Source: Gammaproteobacteria bacterium
Lineage (GTDB): Bacteria > Pseudomonadota > Gammaproteobacteria > Eutrophobiales > Eutrophobiaceae
Assembly (NCBI GenBank): GCA_965222155.1
Contig: CBDCTH010000012.1
Span: 1,952,001 to 2,016,000, forward strand
Reading direction: 5' to 3'
DNA length: 64,000 nt
The notes beneath the pieces were generated by a model. That model searched no databases, was not told the DNA's origin, and was given only the letters and a program-made list of their open reading frames with translations. The first letter of the stretch is position 1, and every line of letters begins with the position of its first letter. Below are positions 31,425-41,135 of the stretch, piece after piece. Made by a program: the position numbers and the translations under genes.

Positions 31425-31571
31425 CGGGATCACAGCCAGGATTGCCGTTACTGGAGGTAGCGTAACTAATTATCATCACTTGTAAACAATAATTATGATT
31501 GGAAGACTCAATATCCTGCTAAAATAGCAATCGATTAAACGGGCTTAAGCAGAAGAATCCACAAGAGTCTC

Positions 31572-32780
31572 ATGACACTTAGCATTGACCAACTCCCCAC
31601 CATTGATGTCACCGCAGCCTTTGCCTCCAGTGACGATTTTGATACTATTGTTATGTCGGCCCATGAACAGGGACCCTTCGCCCGTAGCGCTCGCGGGTTG
31701 GAAGTGCTGGGACATAAAGAATGTGTCAGCTTATTAAGGGATCGGCGCTTACATTCAGATCATATGGGCCTGGTGGAGGCCATGGGCTTTCCTGAAGGGC
31801 CGGCAAAGGAATTCAAAAAATGCATGTTATTAAGCCACGGCCGGGATGAATACCGCACGCGTATCCGCCAGGCACTGATACGAGCAATCGGCGCCTCTGT
31901 CATAGAAGAGCAACGCCCCATGATCCGGCAACTTGTCAAGGATCTCCTGCTGAAAATAGATCCGGACAAAGAAACCGATCTGCTGCACGATTTCGCTTTT
32001 TCGGTCCCGGCCAGCCTGTTTTGTCTTTGGTTTGGCGCACCGCTGAGTGATGCCCCCTGGATCGCCGACCTGTCTGATCGTATTCTAAAGATTTTCAGCA
32101 ATAATCCTGAATATACCCCCGGTATCATCGCTGCCTACGATGAATTGTTTCCCTACGTCCAAAACCTCATAGACAATGCAATGGAAGCACCGAAGGAAAA
32201 TCTCCTTGCCAATTTCATTGCCGAACATCAGGCTGGCCATTTCAATGAACAGGAGTTGTTCCACATTGTCTCCATGTTTAATGAGGCCAGTACCGACAAC
32301 ACCGCCCATGGTATCGCCACGGTCATCGGCCGGCTTACGAGTGATCAGCAACGTTGGCAACAGATCATTGATCATCCTGAATTGATTCCTGCTGCTGTTA
32401 ACGAATGTATCCGTTTGTCTGCCCGTATCAATACACTGATCCGCTACGCTTCAGAAGACCTGGAATACGGTGGAGTCCTGATCCCTGAGGGCACACCGGC
32501 CCATCATCTGATACCCGCGGCCCACCGGGACCCGAGGGTCTATACCGATCCATTACGCTACGATCCGACCCGGAAAGTTGTCCACCATCTGCTGGACTTT
32601 GGCGGCGGTATATACTCCTGTCTCGGTCAGTATGTAGCATTAATTGAGATCCAGGAAGCCGTTGCAGAACTGGTAAGCAGCTACTCCAATGCCCGATTAA
32701 AAAGCTTTAAGATAAACACCAATATGTTTGTCAGCGAAGTAAGCGAACTCAGAGTCGAGTTAAATGGGAGCGGAACATAA
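31572..32780 (+). CDS. Cytochrome P450
   Basis: ExxR (ECIR), AHRDP, heme ligand loop FGGGIYSCLG. Confidence 0.93.
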   Translation: MTLSIDQLPTIDVTAAFASSDDFDTIVMSAHEQGPFARSARGLEVLGHKECVSLLRDRRLHSDHMGLVEAMGFPEGPAKEFKKCMLLSHGRDEYRTRIRQALIRAIGASVIEEQRPMIRQLVKDLLLKIDPDKETDLLHDFAFSVPASLFCLWFGAPLSDAPWIADLSDRILKIFSNNPEYTPGIIAAYDELFPYVQNLIDNAMEAPKENLLANFIAEHQAGHFNEQELFHIVSMFNEASTDNTAHGIATVIGRLTSDQQRWQQIIDHPELIPAAVNECIRLSARINTLIRYASEDLEYGGVLIPEGTPAHHLIPAAHRDPRVYTDPLRYDPTRKVVHHLLDFGGGIYSCLGQYVALIEIQEAVAELVSSYSNARLKSFKINTNMFVSEVSELRVELNGSGT

Positions 32781-32794
32781 GACGGCTGTAGAAT

Positions 32795-32916
32795 GGGGTC
32801 AGGTCGCACAATGCACACTTGAGGCTCATTCTTTCAACGTTCGGCCCACTGCAGTTCTGCTGATTCCAAAATACACTGTCACTTCACCTATAGTGTGCAT
32901 TGTGCGACCTGACCCC
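32795..32916. mobile_element. Family C mini-element (RAYT 3'-end derivative)
   Basis: GGGGTCAGGTCGCACAATGCACA / TGTGCATTGTGCGACCTGACCCC ends; interior homologous to 33264-33366. Confidence 0.9.
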
Positions 32917-33263
32917 ATTCTATGCATTCTATGCAGGCTTTTTGAGGGGGAAATCTTTGTAATACGTCGCAATGGAATCCTTATTCATTTTGTTATTGTA
33001 CTGAACCTCGCGACACCCAGAAAAAACGACCGTAGCCTCACCAGCGCCAGTGTGTCGAGTTTGCAGTATAAGTCTTTAGGGTCGGGCCAGTAGAACACGT
33101 ACCAATATAAGACTTGACCTGTTGTTTGTAAGTGAATTGTCGGGAACCGTTAGCAAAAATATCTGACTCGGGTCAAATTTCCCTGTACTCGATTGTCTGA
33201 TTTGGTATCAAGTATCGTTTCTGCGGCTGTGTGATCAACCCCCTTCTCTTCGACATCTAAAAT

Positions 33264-34285
33264 GGGGTCAGGTCGCGCAATGCACACCTGAGATATCTTC
33301 TTTCAACGCTCGGCCCACTGTAGTTCTGCTGACTCCGAAATACTCCGCCACTTCAACCATAGTGTAATGCCCTGACCGATAGGCAGCAGCCATAGCACTT
33401 TGACGCGTCGTGAATGCTGATTCGTAGTAGTCAAGCGGTTTGGGTGGGGCCAGCGTTTGCAGCTTCGGTATATCCTTAGAAACCTTATCCGGTTCTATAT
33501 GATTCAACATTTCCTGCACAAAGGAATCCGAACCCAGGTAAATTTGATTTTTGAGATTCTCCCAGGGTGACGGTTGGTTTTGATCGGTGTTAACAAACTC
33601 CTGGTACTTCGATCTTGCACTGTCACACCTTTCCGAAAATTCGGCTAATACCCTGTCAATTGTTAAACAAGGTTCGGGGCGTGCCAGCCCTGCCGTGGCC
33701 CGGTAACTGCTCCAGGGCCATTCTTGAGCCTGTCTCACCATCCGGGCTCGAACCGGGTTTAAAACTATGTACCGTACCAGCTCTAAAAAATAGACGTCAC
33801 TCTCAACCAGAATTCCTTTGAACCGGCCCTGGAACAAGTGCCCTACTCTGGTATGACGTTTATTATAACGTTGCGTATAAACACCGTTGAGGAAGCGCAT
33901 TCCTTTTGACAAACCGGGCTGACCGATTTCTATGAGCAAGTGATAGTGGTTGGACATCAAGCAATACGCATGACACAACCAACCAAACCGCTTGCCTGCT
34001 TCACCTAGCAGCTTAAGAAATTGATAACGGTCAAAATCATCTGAAAATATATCAGCACGTGCGTTACCGCGGGAGGTGATGTGGTAGAGTGCCCCTGCAA
34101 ATTCTATTCGGAGAGGTCTTGCCATAAGTTCATCCTTGAAAGCTACTTTAGATAAAATCTCTGTTACGGAATGCTGACTTATTCCGAGGTTAGCTGAAAT
34201 CCTACCATTAGTCTACCTGCTTTTCAAATAAATCAGGCTAATCTGGAACCTGTTACGAGCGATGTGCATTGTGCGACCTGACCCC
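33264..34285. mobile_element. RAYT unit bounded by 23-bp inverted family C ends
   Basis: GGGGTCAGGTCGCGCAATGCACA at 33264 and TGTGCATTGTGCGACCTGACCCC ending 34285 (1 mismatch). Confidence 0.85.
33268..34125 (-). CDS. REP-associated tyrosine transposase (HUH Y1) with C-terminal HTH
   Basis: MARPLR..YHITSRGN, HUH motif NHYH, GHLFQGRF, YIVLNPVRA, WPWSSY; stop codon lies inside the terminal repeat. Confidence 0.93.
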   Translation of the reverse strand: MARPLRIEFAGALYHITSRGNARADIFSDDFDRYQFLKLLGEAGKRFGWLCHAYCLMSNHYHLLIEIGQPGLSKGMRFLNGVYTQRYNKRHTRVGHLFQGRFKGILVESDVYFLELVRYIVLNPVRARMVRQAQEWPWSSYRATAGLARPEPCLTIDRVLAEFSERCDSARSKYQEFVNTDQNQPSPWENLKNQIYLGSDSFVQEMLNHIEPDKVSKDIPKLQTLAPPKPLDYYESAFTTRQSAMAAAYRSGHYTMVEVAEYFGVSRTTVGRALKEDISGVHCAT

Positions 34286-34467
34286 ATCACACACAAACAG
34301 ACCGTGATCGTGAACGCAAAGAAAAACTCCGGCGGCGACCAGCCAAGGTCGGCCGTAACAGGACCAACGAAGAATCCTTGTGAGTAATTGGTTATTGTGA
34401 GCAAGCCGCACATCATGCCTACCGTTGCGGCCAGCAACGGTCCCCAGCCTTTCTTGAATTCGTTCAT
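34286..34467 (-). pseudogene. Truncated MFS transporter (first ~60 codons only)
   Basis: MNEFKKGWGPLLAATVGMMCG..SQGFFVGPVTADLGWS is an MFS-like N-terminus that stops at the family C end at 34285. Confidence 0.75.
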
Positions 34468-34557
34468 GCTATTTCCCCACGATACTGCAAAGTTTCAATA
34501 AAACTCCGCCAGTGGTGCTGGTTCTTTAGAATGGGGTCATTTAGAATGCAGTAGAAT

Positions 34558-34676
34558 GGGGTCAGGTCGCACAATGCACACTTGAGGCTCATTCTTTCGA
34601 TGTTCGGCCCAATGTAGTTCTGCTGGTTCCAAAATACACTGTCACTTCGGCTATGTGCATTGTGCGACCTGACCCC
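34558..34676. mobile_element. Family C mini-element
   Basis: Same ends and RAYT-derived interior; stuttered junctions on both sides. Confidence 0.9.
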
Positions 34677-35215
34677 GTTGACCTGACCCCGTTGACCTCG
34701 CATTGTTCAGCGACGCAATACGTATGCTATAGCGTGCCCATGAGCCCCAGAATCCCAAGCCGTTGATGCCGGTATTTCAATGCAAGCGAACCGATAAGTG
34801 GCGCAGTAAAAAGCCCCAAACAGCCTTTCTTGAATTCGCATGCTATTTCCCCAATATCGTGCGACGTTTCAGGAAACGACTGCGTCGGTGTGAGTTCTTG
34901 GTTAATTCGAATGGCAGCGGCACGTCATGCCTAAATGAGTGCAATCCAGCAACGGTCCCCAGCCTTTCTTGACCGTAACGTGCTGGCTGTAGTTGATGAA
35001 GATCGCTGAATCCTTGTGAGTAATTGGTTATTGTGAGCAAGCCGCACATCATGCCTACCGTTGCGGCCAGCAACCGACGTTTCAGGAAACGACTGCGTCG
35101 GTGATGCCGGTTCTTGGTTTAATTCGAATGGCAGCGGCACGTGACAGGTAAATGAGTGTCAATCCGGACAAGGTAGCCCAGGGGTCAGACCGTAACGTGC
35201 TGGCTGTAGTTGATG

Positions 35216-35240
35216 AAGGCTGCCGCTTATGCGGCGGCTT
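35216..35240 (-). terminator. Putative terminator hairpin downstream of the TonB-dependent receptor
   Basis: Minus strand AAGCCGCCGCATAAGCGGCAGCCTT; U-tract is weak. Confidence 0.45.
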
Positions 35241-35260
35241 CACCCTGACTTCAAATGATT

Positions 35261-37927
35261 TTAGTTATATCGGTAATTAAAGGATAAACCGATTGTCCGT
35301 GGACGCAAAGAGAAAAAGTATTGATGCACACCTCCGGCGGCGGCTGCGGTATTTCCGGCAGATATATTTTGTTCATTCCCTATATTGCGCACAAACAGTG
35401 ATGCAGTCCAGTTCTCATTGGATTCCAATGCTATTGACGCATTAAACACTGCATAGGAATCAATTTCGAAGAAATCTCGTCCAAAATTTATATTTTGACT
35501 GAATGTCGATTGTGTGTCGCTGGCGTATTTTCCGTCCACATGGTAGGCAAGCGACCAGTTATTCATTTTAAGTGGTTGCAGATAATCAAGAGCGAATGTA
35601 AATGTATGGTCAGGCACACTCGGCAATGGATCACCATCTGAAACTGTAATAAGGGGGAGTACTGTGAAAGGTGGTATAAAAAAGGACCCCGTCGTTCCGG
35701 CGACATAGTCTGATATGACGAAATCCTTTGTGACCTCCGCATCGACGTATGAATATCCAATATTATATGTCAGGCCTTCACCCATGTTTCCATTCAGTTC
35801 CAGCTCAATACCTTTTGTTTCGGCTTCTTCTCCATTTAGCACAACCTTAAATCCCGCTATTACCAAAGATTCAAACTGAAATTGATCCCATTCAACAAGA
35901 TAGGCCGCTATTGAATAGTTTATATTCTCCGAGAGAGATCCTTTCAAACCTATTTCCCAATTGGTAGTCGAATCCGGTTGAAACTGGAGCAATGATGGCA
36001 AAGAGGCCTGGCGACCACCTTGTGGAAGCGCATTGGCACCGCCATGGCGGAACCCTTCGGCCCAGGTAAAATAAGCCATCATATCGTCGTTGATATTATA
36101 TGACGTGTTGACCTTGAAAATCTGATCTTCAAATTCCCGCTTTGCATCAGTAACGGTCGTACCACCTTCGAAAAACCGAGGCTGCTCGGCGCTTGAACAA
36201 AAAAGACCGCAAAAGGGTATTAATGTTTCAAAGTCGTGGGAAAATTCCTGCCAAAATGCTCGTATACCACCGGTAATCTGCCATTGGTCGCTTACGTGCC
36301 AGGTTAACTCGCCAAAGACAGCAATATCTTCAAATTTAAAAAGTCTGTCTTCTGTAAAGGTGACATCCGGTAAATTAGCGTTGTTTCTGCCGCGGGGAAA
36401 TCCAATGTTTGCTACATTGATGGTCGTATCAAATTCACTTAAACCCGGTTGCGTGGTAGTAGTCAGGCCGACCGATTCCCTGTCTTCATAATAAGCACCG
36501 ATAACGTAGTCAATCTTGTTATCTCCATTTGACGTGAGTCGAATTTCCTGTGTAAACCGCTCGGTTTCGTCAAAGGAAGATGTGACACCGGCAGCTCGTG
36601 GATAAAATGAATTAAATGTTGCCACACTTGAACCCCCCGGTGCCCTGGTAGGTAAATCAAAGCCGGTAAAATCAGGGGTATTAAAATAGCTGACTTCCGA
36701 ATAGGAAGTCGAAGATGAAATTGAAGCAATACCAACATCGATATTCACTTCAGCACTGAAAATGTCAGCCTTGCTTGCGCCGGCTGATTTGAGGAACATG
36801 GTGTGATCATAGTCACTGGCATCAGGAATCGTTACGCCACTGTTCGCGTAAAGCGTATTCCCACCTGCTCCAAGACAAGGCTGATTTGGGGTAAAAAAAT
36901 CTGCAGAGAATGCGACGCCTCCATTACAGGCATTTGCGTTGGAAAAGAATGAACCAGGAAAATTAGCGAGACTGGCGTCAACCAGACCCCCGTCAAAGCC
37001 GGGGTTAACCCCGGAAAAATCATCTACTTCACTCTTCTGGTTGAGGTAAGTCAACTGGACATCGACCGTATCTGTCGGCGCCCAATGCAGGTTGGCGCGA
37101 ATCATATGTGATTGAAGATCATTGGTATCCTCTTCCGGAGCCAGTACATATCCGCTCGCAAGGTCACCAGCTACACTTGGAACAGGCTCACCGCTACTAT
37201 CACGTTGTACAAGACCGATTCCGTCCACAAAGCCACCTAAATCATCCCAGCTCCCGACAATCCTTAAGGCCAGGGTATCTTCCACCAGGGGAACATTGAC
37301 CGCGATGTCACCGCCATAACCAAGCTCATCAGATTCCCACATCGAATCAAGATGGGTATTGACGTCCAGCGAAAACCCTTCAAAGTCGGCTGCTTTCGGT
37401 ATGAAGCGGATTGTCCCACCTAGCGAACCGGAACCGTATAATGTTCCCTGTGGGCCACGCAAAACTTCCACCCGTTCAATATCCTTCATAACCAGAGGAA
37501 AAAATAATGGAGTTTCGCCGAAATACATTGAAACTGCACCAGAACTGACATCGGTACCAAAGATGAGCCTGGAATCATTGGCATTAATGCCACGGAGAAT
37601 AAAAGTATTTCGACTTGAACGTAATGATCCGCCTTGATCCTTAAAATTGAGCCCTGGTACGAGGCGAGCGACGTCACCTATATCGAACGCTCGTGCGGTT
37701 TTCATATACTCATCTGAATATGCTGAAATATTATAGGGAATATCCTGAATACTCTGCTCTCTACGCTGTGCAGTGACTGTTATTTCTTCAAGCGGTGCTT
37801 GCGCCAACGCCGGAGATGAAAAAACACTGACCGTACATGCAACCATTACAGCAGCAGCGAAAGACTTTATTGGCGCGTTCTGAGAGGAGTTTATATTCTT
37901 GGTCCCCCGTTTCAGTTTCTTTTTCAC
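35261..37927 (-). CDS. TonB-dependent receptor
   Basis: Signal peptide, TonB box LEEITVTAQRR, plug motif IERVEVLRGPQGTLYG, C-terminal PRTIGLSFNYRY. Confidence 0.95.
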   Translation of the reverse strand: MKKKLKRGTKNINSSQNAPIKSFAAAVMVACTVSVFSSPALAQAPLEEITVTAQRREQSIQDIPYNISAYSDEYMKTARAFDIGDVARLVPGLNFKDQGGSLRSSRNTFILRGINANDSRLIFGTDVSSGAVSMYFGETPLFFPLVMKDIERVEVLRGPQGTLYGSGSLGGTIRFIPKAADFEGFSLDVNTHLDSMWESDELGYGGDIAVNVPLVEDTLALRIVGSWDDLGGFVDGIGLVQRDSSGEPVPSVAGDLASGYVLAPEEDTNDLQSHMIRANLHWAPTDTVDVQLTYLNQKSEVDDFSGVNPGFDGGLVDASLANFPGSFFSNANACNGGVAFSADFFTPNQPCLGAGGNTLYANSGVTIPDASDYDHTMFLKSAGASKADIFSAEVNIDVGIASISSSTSYSEVSYFNTPDFTGFDLPTRAPGGSSVATFNSFYPRAAGVTSSFDETERFTQEIRLTSNGDNKIDYVIGAYYEDRESVGLTTTTQPGLSEFDTTINVANIGFPRGRNNANLPDVTFTEDRLFKFEDIAVFGELTWHVSDQWQITGGIRAFWQEFSHDFETLIPFCGLFCSSAEQPRFFEGGTTVTDAKREFEDQIFKVNTSYNINDDMMAYFTWAEGFRHGGANALPQGGRQASLPSLLQFQPDSTTNWEIGLKGSLSENINYSIAAYLVEWDQFQFESLVIAGFKVVLNGEEAETKGIELELNGNMGEGLTYNIGYSYVDAEVTKDFVISDYVAGTTGSFFIPPFTVLPLITVSDGDPLPSVPDHTFTFALDYLQPLKMNNWSLAYHVDGKYASDTQSTFSQNINFGRDFFEIDSYAVFNASIALESNENWTASLFVRNIGNEQNISAGNTAAAAGGVHQYFFSLRPRTIGLSFNYRYN

Positions 37928-37970
37928 GATATTTTCCCCAGTTCGAAATCAATAATTTTGACAGTATTAA

Positions 37971-38351
37971 CCCGGATTTCTCACCAGGCCGCTTGTTGCT
38001 ATCGGAGACATGTTTTCTGTCAATGAGTGATGGAAACCTTTTCACTATATCGACATTACAGACTGCGCTTGATACGCCATTGCTTGTCTTTTTTGCGCCA
38101 GTGGGCACGTGTTCATTGCGCCCATCCCCCTGCTCAACTCCATACAGAGCTTACCCCTGCGGTTGTAAGCAGGGGGGCAGGCTCTGGGCGCAACCCTGCG
38201 GGCGGCTGTCGCCGTGCAAATCGTCTGTCCTGACGATTTGTCCCTCAACCAGAGCATAAGGGGACGGATTTGAAATCCGTCCCCGGAGAGTTCAGGCGCC
38301 CGCTGGCGCAAAAAATCCAGTGCAATCATCGTATCACCTGAGAAATCCGGG
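37971..38351. mobile_element. MITE family B with TTAA duplication and several nested inserts
   Basis: TTAA-CCCGGATTTCTCA ... TGAGAAATCCGGG-TTAA; inserts at 38112-38240 and 38260-38284. Confidence 0.9.
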
Positions 38352-38391
38352 TTAAAAGCTATATTGGATATAGTTTATTTAAGTCTTGGAC

Positions 38392-38428
38392 ACCAATAGC
38401 TTTTGCTTTGATTGTCATGGGAAATAGT
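38392..38428 (-). promoter_or_regulatory. Shared upstream motif WTTTCSCAT-N19-ATTRGT facing the TonB-dependent receptor
   Basis: Minus strand ACTATTTCCCAT-N19-ATTGGT; same spacing at 41047 and 43987. Confidence 0.6.
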
Positions 38429-38484
38429 TGCGCAACTGACTTTAGATGTTAAGCTTTTGACTTTAAAAGGTAAAAACGGCTCAA

Positions 38485-39372
38485 ATGATGGACCCCGATT
38501 GGTTGCCATTTCACCCTGCGCCCAGTTCGCCTGAATTTGTGCTGCCTGATGGGGCGGTCGATGCACACTGTCACGTATTTGGCCCCGCAGCAGAGTTTCC
38601 TTTTGCGCCAGAGAGAAAATACACCCCCTGCGATGCGAGCAAAGGCAATTTATGGCAATTGCGTGATCATCTTGGTTTCTCACGCAATGTGATTGTGCAG
38701 GCCACTTGCCATGGCGCCGACAATCATGCACTGGCGGATGCCCTGCAATCCTCCCACGGCAAGGCTCGAGGTATCGCCACGCTGCGATCGACTGTAACCG
38801 GTGACGAATTGGCACAATTGCATGCAGCCGGCGTACGCGGTGTACGCTTCAATTTTGTACAGCGCCTGGTGGATAGTTTGCCCTTTGGCGAATTGGCCGG
38901 TATTGCAGAGCGAATCGTACCTTTGGGTTGGCACGTCGTCATCTATTTTGAGGCAGCAGACCTGGCAGAGTATTACGATTTCTTCACATCTTTGCCTACC
39001 ACGGTGGTGGTAGATCATATGGGTCGCCCCGATGTCAGCCAACCGGTCAACGGCACAGGGTTTAATCTCTTTATCAAACTGTTGACCGAGAATGAGAATT
39101 TCTGGTCGAAGGTCAGTTGTCCGGAGCGGATTTCAGAAGTTGGTCCGCCAGGATATGAAGATGTCATCCCCTTCGCCCAGCGTGTGATCGACGCTTTTCC
39201 AGACCGTGTGTTATGGGGAACCGACTGGCCTCACCCCAATATGAAGTCTCACATGCCGGACGATGGTAAATTGGTAGACTTGATACCTCATATTGCCCTC
39301 ACAGAAAAACTACAACAAAAACTGCTGGTAGATAACCCCATGCGCCTGTATTGGCCGGAAGAAATCAGCTGA
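38485..39372 (+). CDS. ligI: 2-pyrone-4,6-dicarboxylate hydrolase
   Basis: DAHCHVFGP, RKYTPCDA, VQATCHG, DHMGRPD, WGTDWPHPN. Confidence 0.93.
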   Translation: MMDPDWLPFHPAPSSPEFVLPDGAVDAHCHVFGPAAEFPFAPERKYTPCDASKGNLWQLRDHLGFSRNVIVQATCHGADNHALADALQSSHGKARGIATLRSTVTGDELAQLHAAGVRGVRFNFVQRLVDSLPFGELAGIAERIVPLGWHVVIYFEAADLAEYYDFFTSLPTTVVVDHMGRPDVSQPVNGTGFNLFIKLLTENENFWSKVSCPERISEVGPPGYEDVIPFAQRVIDAFPDRVLWGTDWPHPNMKSHMPDDGKLVDLIPHIALTEKLQQKLLVDNPMRLYWPEEIS

Positions 39373-39388
39373 TGATATTGCAAGTGAT

Positions 39389-39428
39389 GGGGTCAGGTCA
39401 CACATTGTGCAATGTGCGACCTGACCCC
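39389..39428. repeat. Family C minimal doublet (two ends, no interior)
   Basis: GGGGTCAGGTCACACATTGTGCAATGTGCGACCTGACCCC, flanked by GTGAT/ATCAC. Confidence 0.85.
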
Positions 39429-39440
39429 ATCACTCCAGGA

Positions 39441-39597
39441 CTCTGGTTGAGGGAGCACGTGCCCGCCAGCGCAAAAAAGACAAGTGAGAGCGCATTCAGC
39501 GCTGTTTGCACCGACGACGATAGTAATAAACTGCGAATAACTCATTGACATCACGGAACTTTCCATCTATGACAAGCGAACTGGCGCAATATCCGGG
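39441..39597. mobile_element. Truncated MITE family B (one end missing)
   Basis: CTCTGGTTGAGGGAGCACGTGCCC ... CTGGCGCAATATCCGGG-TTAA; other half absent next to the family C doublet. Confidence 0.8.
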
Positions 39598-39630
39598 TTA
39601 AGGCGCTTTTGGCAATGAACTTGTCGCCTG

Positions 39631-40899
39631 TTACGCTGTACTGTGCTTGTGAATCTCCTCTGAGACTTCCCTGAGGTACTCCAGGAACAATTCAGCCGCA
39701 GGCGAGGGTTGGGTATGGGCTCGTAGTGTCAGACCGATGGGTCGATAAGTGTCCTCCAGTACGACCGGCAAAACATCCAGTATGCCGAACTGCATGTCAT
39801 AATAAATCTGGTGTTCCGACAACAAGGCTACCCGGTCACTGTCCAACAGGAGGCCTCTCACCATGGATAGAGAACTGGTCTCCACTGCATGTTCCGGTAC
39901 GAGCATTTCATGACGCGACAGCGTCTCATCGAACAATTGCCGGCTGGGGCTTCCCCTTGCGGGTAACACCCATTGCGCGTCCTGCATGTCCTTAAAGTTG
40001 ATTCTTGACCTGCCGGCCAGCGGGTGGTCTTTGCGTGCAATCACCGACAGTCGATCTTCAAAAAGTTTTTCGGTAACAATATCAGCACGGTTTTCGACGT
40101 TGCGAATGGCACCCACTATGAAGTCGATATCACCACTTCGTAAGGACGACTCCAGCACATCGTAGGGACCCTCCCGGGTGACCACATCAATCTGGGGATA
40201 TTTTTCCAGCAACCTGTTGATGGCAACAGGTGTCAGATAGGTTCGAGTATAAGGCAGTGTTCCGATGACAACACGTCCCTGAGTCACTCCATCCAGGCTG
40301 GCGATATCGTCGATGGCTTGATGGATTTGTGAAAATGCCAGTTTGGTGTGTCGAGCGAGAATCGTGGCCAGTCCGGTCGGTGTTACCCCATTGGGTTCGC
40401 TCCGGAAAAGAGGTAATTCCAGCAACTCCTCCAGATATCGCATGGAGTTATATACTGCTGTTTTGCTTATCCCCAGGGTCTGCGCAGCGGCAGTGACGTT
40501 ACGCTTCTCATAAAGTGCTACAAAGGCTGCCAACCGCTTGTAACTGATATCCAATGAGAAAACCGGTATTGAGTGGTAGTGTCGTCCGCCGGGTTTGAAT
40601 TCCTGATATGATTTGCCGGCCTTGTCAAATTCATCTACCACCAGCCTTACCCTGCGAGCCAGGGCAACGCCATATACAGTGGGCATCATGCCCGTTGCGG
40701 CTCGGTCAAACAGCCGTGTACCCAGGGTTAATTCCAGTTCGCTGATTGCTTTAGTGATGGTGGTCTGGGAACGATTCAGCTTGTTGGCAGCGCGAGTCAC
40801 ATTTTTATATTCTGCTACGTACAGGGCAGATTTAAGATGGCGCAGACTGACTCCCGGAATGCGGAAATTATCGTTACTCACTCTGTTTCGACATGACAT
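39631..40899 (-). CDS. LysR-family regulator with two tandem HTH domains (GalR/LigR-like)
   Basis: Two HTH segments (NVTRAANKLNRSQTTITKAI; NVTAAAQTLGISKTAVYNSM) plus substrate-binding domain; divergent from ligU. Confidence 0.9.
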   Translation of the reverse strand: MSCRNRVSNDNFRIPGVSLRHLKSALYVAEYKNVTRAANKLNRSQTTITKAISELELTLGTRLFDRAATGMMPTVYGVALARRVRLVVDEFDKAGKSYQEFKPGGRHYHSIPVFSLDISYKRLAAFVALYEKRNVTAAAQTLGISKTAVYNSMRYLEELLELPLFRSEPNGVTPTGLATILARHTKLAFSQIHQAIDDIASLDGVTQGRVVIGTLPYTRTYLTPVAINRLLEKYPQIDVVTREGPYDVLESSLRSGDIDFIVGAIRNVENRADIVTEKLFEDRLSVIARKDHPLAGRSRINFKDMQDAQWVLPARGSPSRQLFDETLSRHEMLVPEHAVETSSLSMVRGLLLDSDRVALLSEHQIYYDMQFGILDVLPVVLEDTYRPIGLTLRAHTQPSPAAELFLEYLREVSEEIHKHSTA

Positions 40900-40960
40900 T
40901 TTTCAGTACGATAGCAGTTTTTTTACAATTATTCATGACAGGAAACAGGCATGTTGCTTT

Positions 40961-41011
40961 GGGGACGGACTTAAGCATGCCCCCGTATGTTGTCAGCGGG
41001 GGTCCGTCCCC
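40961..41011. repeat. GGGGACGGA..TCCGTCCCC palindrome with AAGCATG-CCCCCG..CGGGGG mini-insert
   Basis: Direct inspection; insert-free versions at 38260, 55813 and 62516. Confidence 0.8.
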
Positions 41012-41046
41012 GGATAGACCAGGGGCATGGTGAGCATGGCCGGATT

Positions 41047-41083
41047 ACTTTTTCGCATGGTTGGGAAATTAATTCCCATTGGT
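41047..41083 (+). promoter_or_regulatory. Shared upstream motif before ligU
   Basis: ACTTTTTCGCAT-N19-ATTGGT, with TACGCT 18 nt after TTGGTT. Confidence 0.62.
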
Positions 41084-41135
41084 TAGCTGACCGGATTATA
41101 AATACGCTGGTATCACATAAATTGGAAGCACGAAC

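Noticed and set aside
31465-31503. Fourth copy of the operator motif upstream of the P450 (ACTAATTATCAT..ATTGGA)
   Set aside because: Spacing is 21 rather than 19 and the core match is weak.
35075-35190. Possible relic of a second RAYT C-terminus (RRFRKRLRR near GGGGTCAGAC)
   Set aside because: Too short and frame-broken to support without a search.
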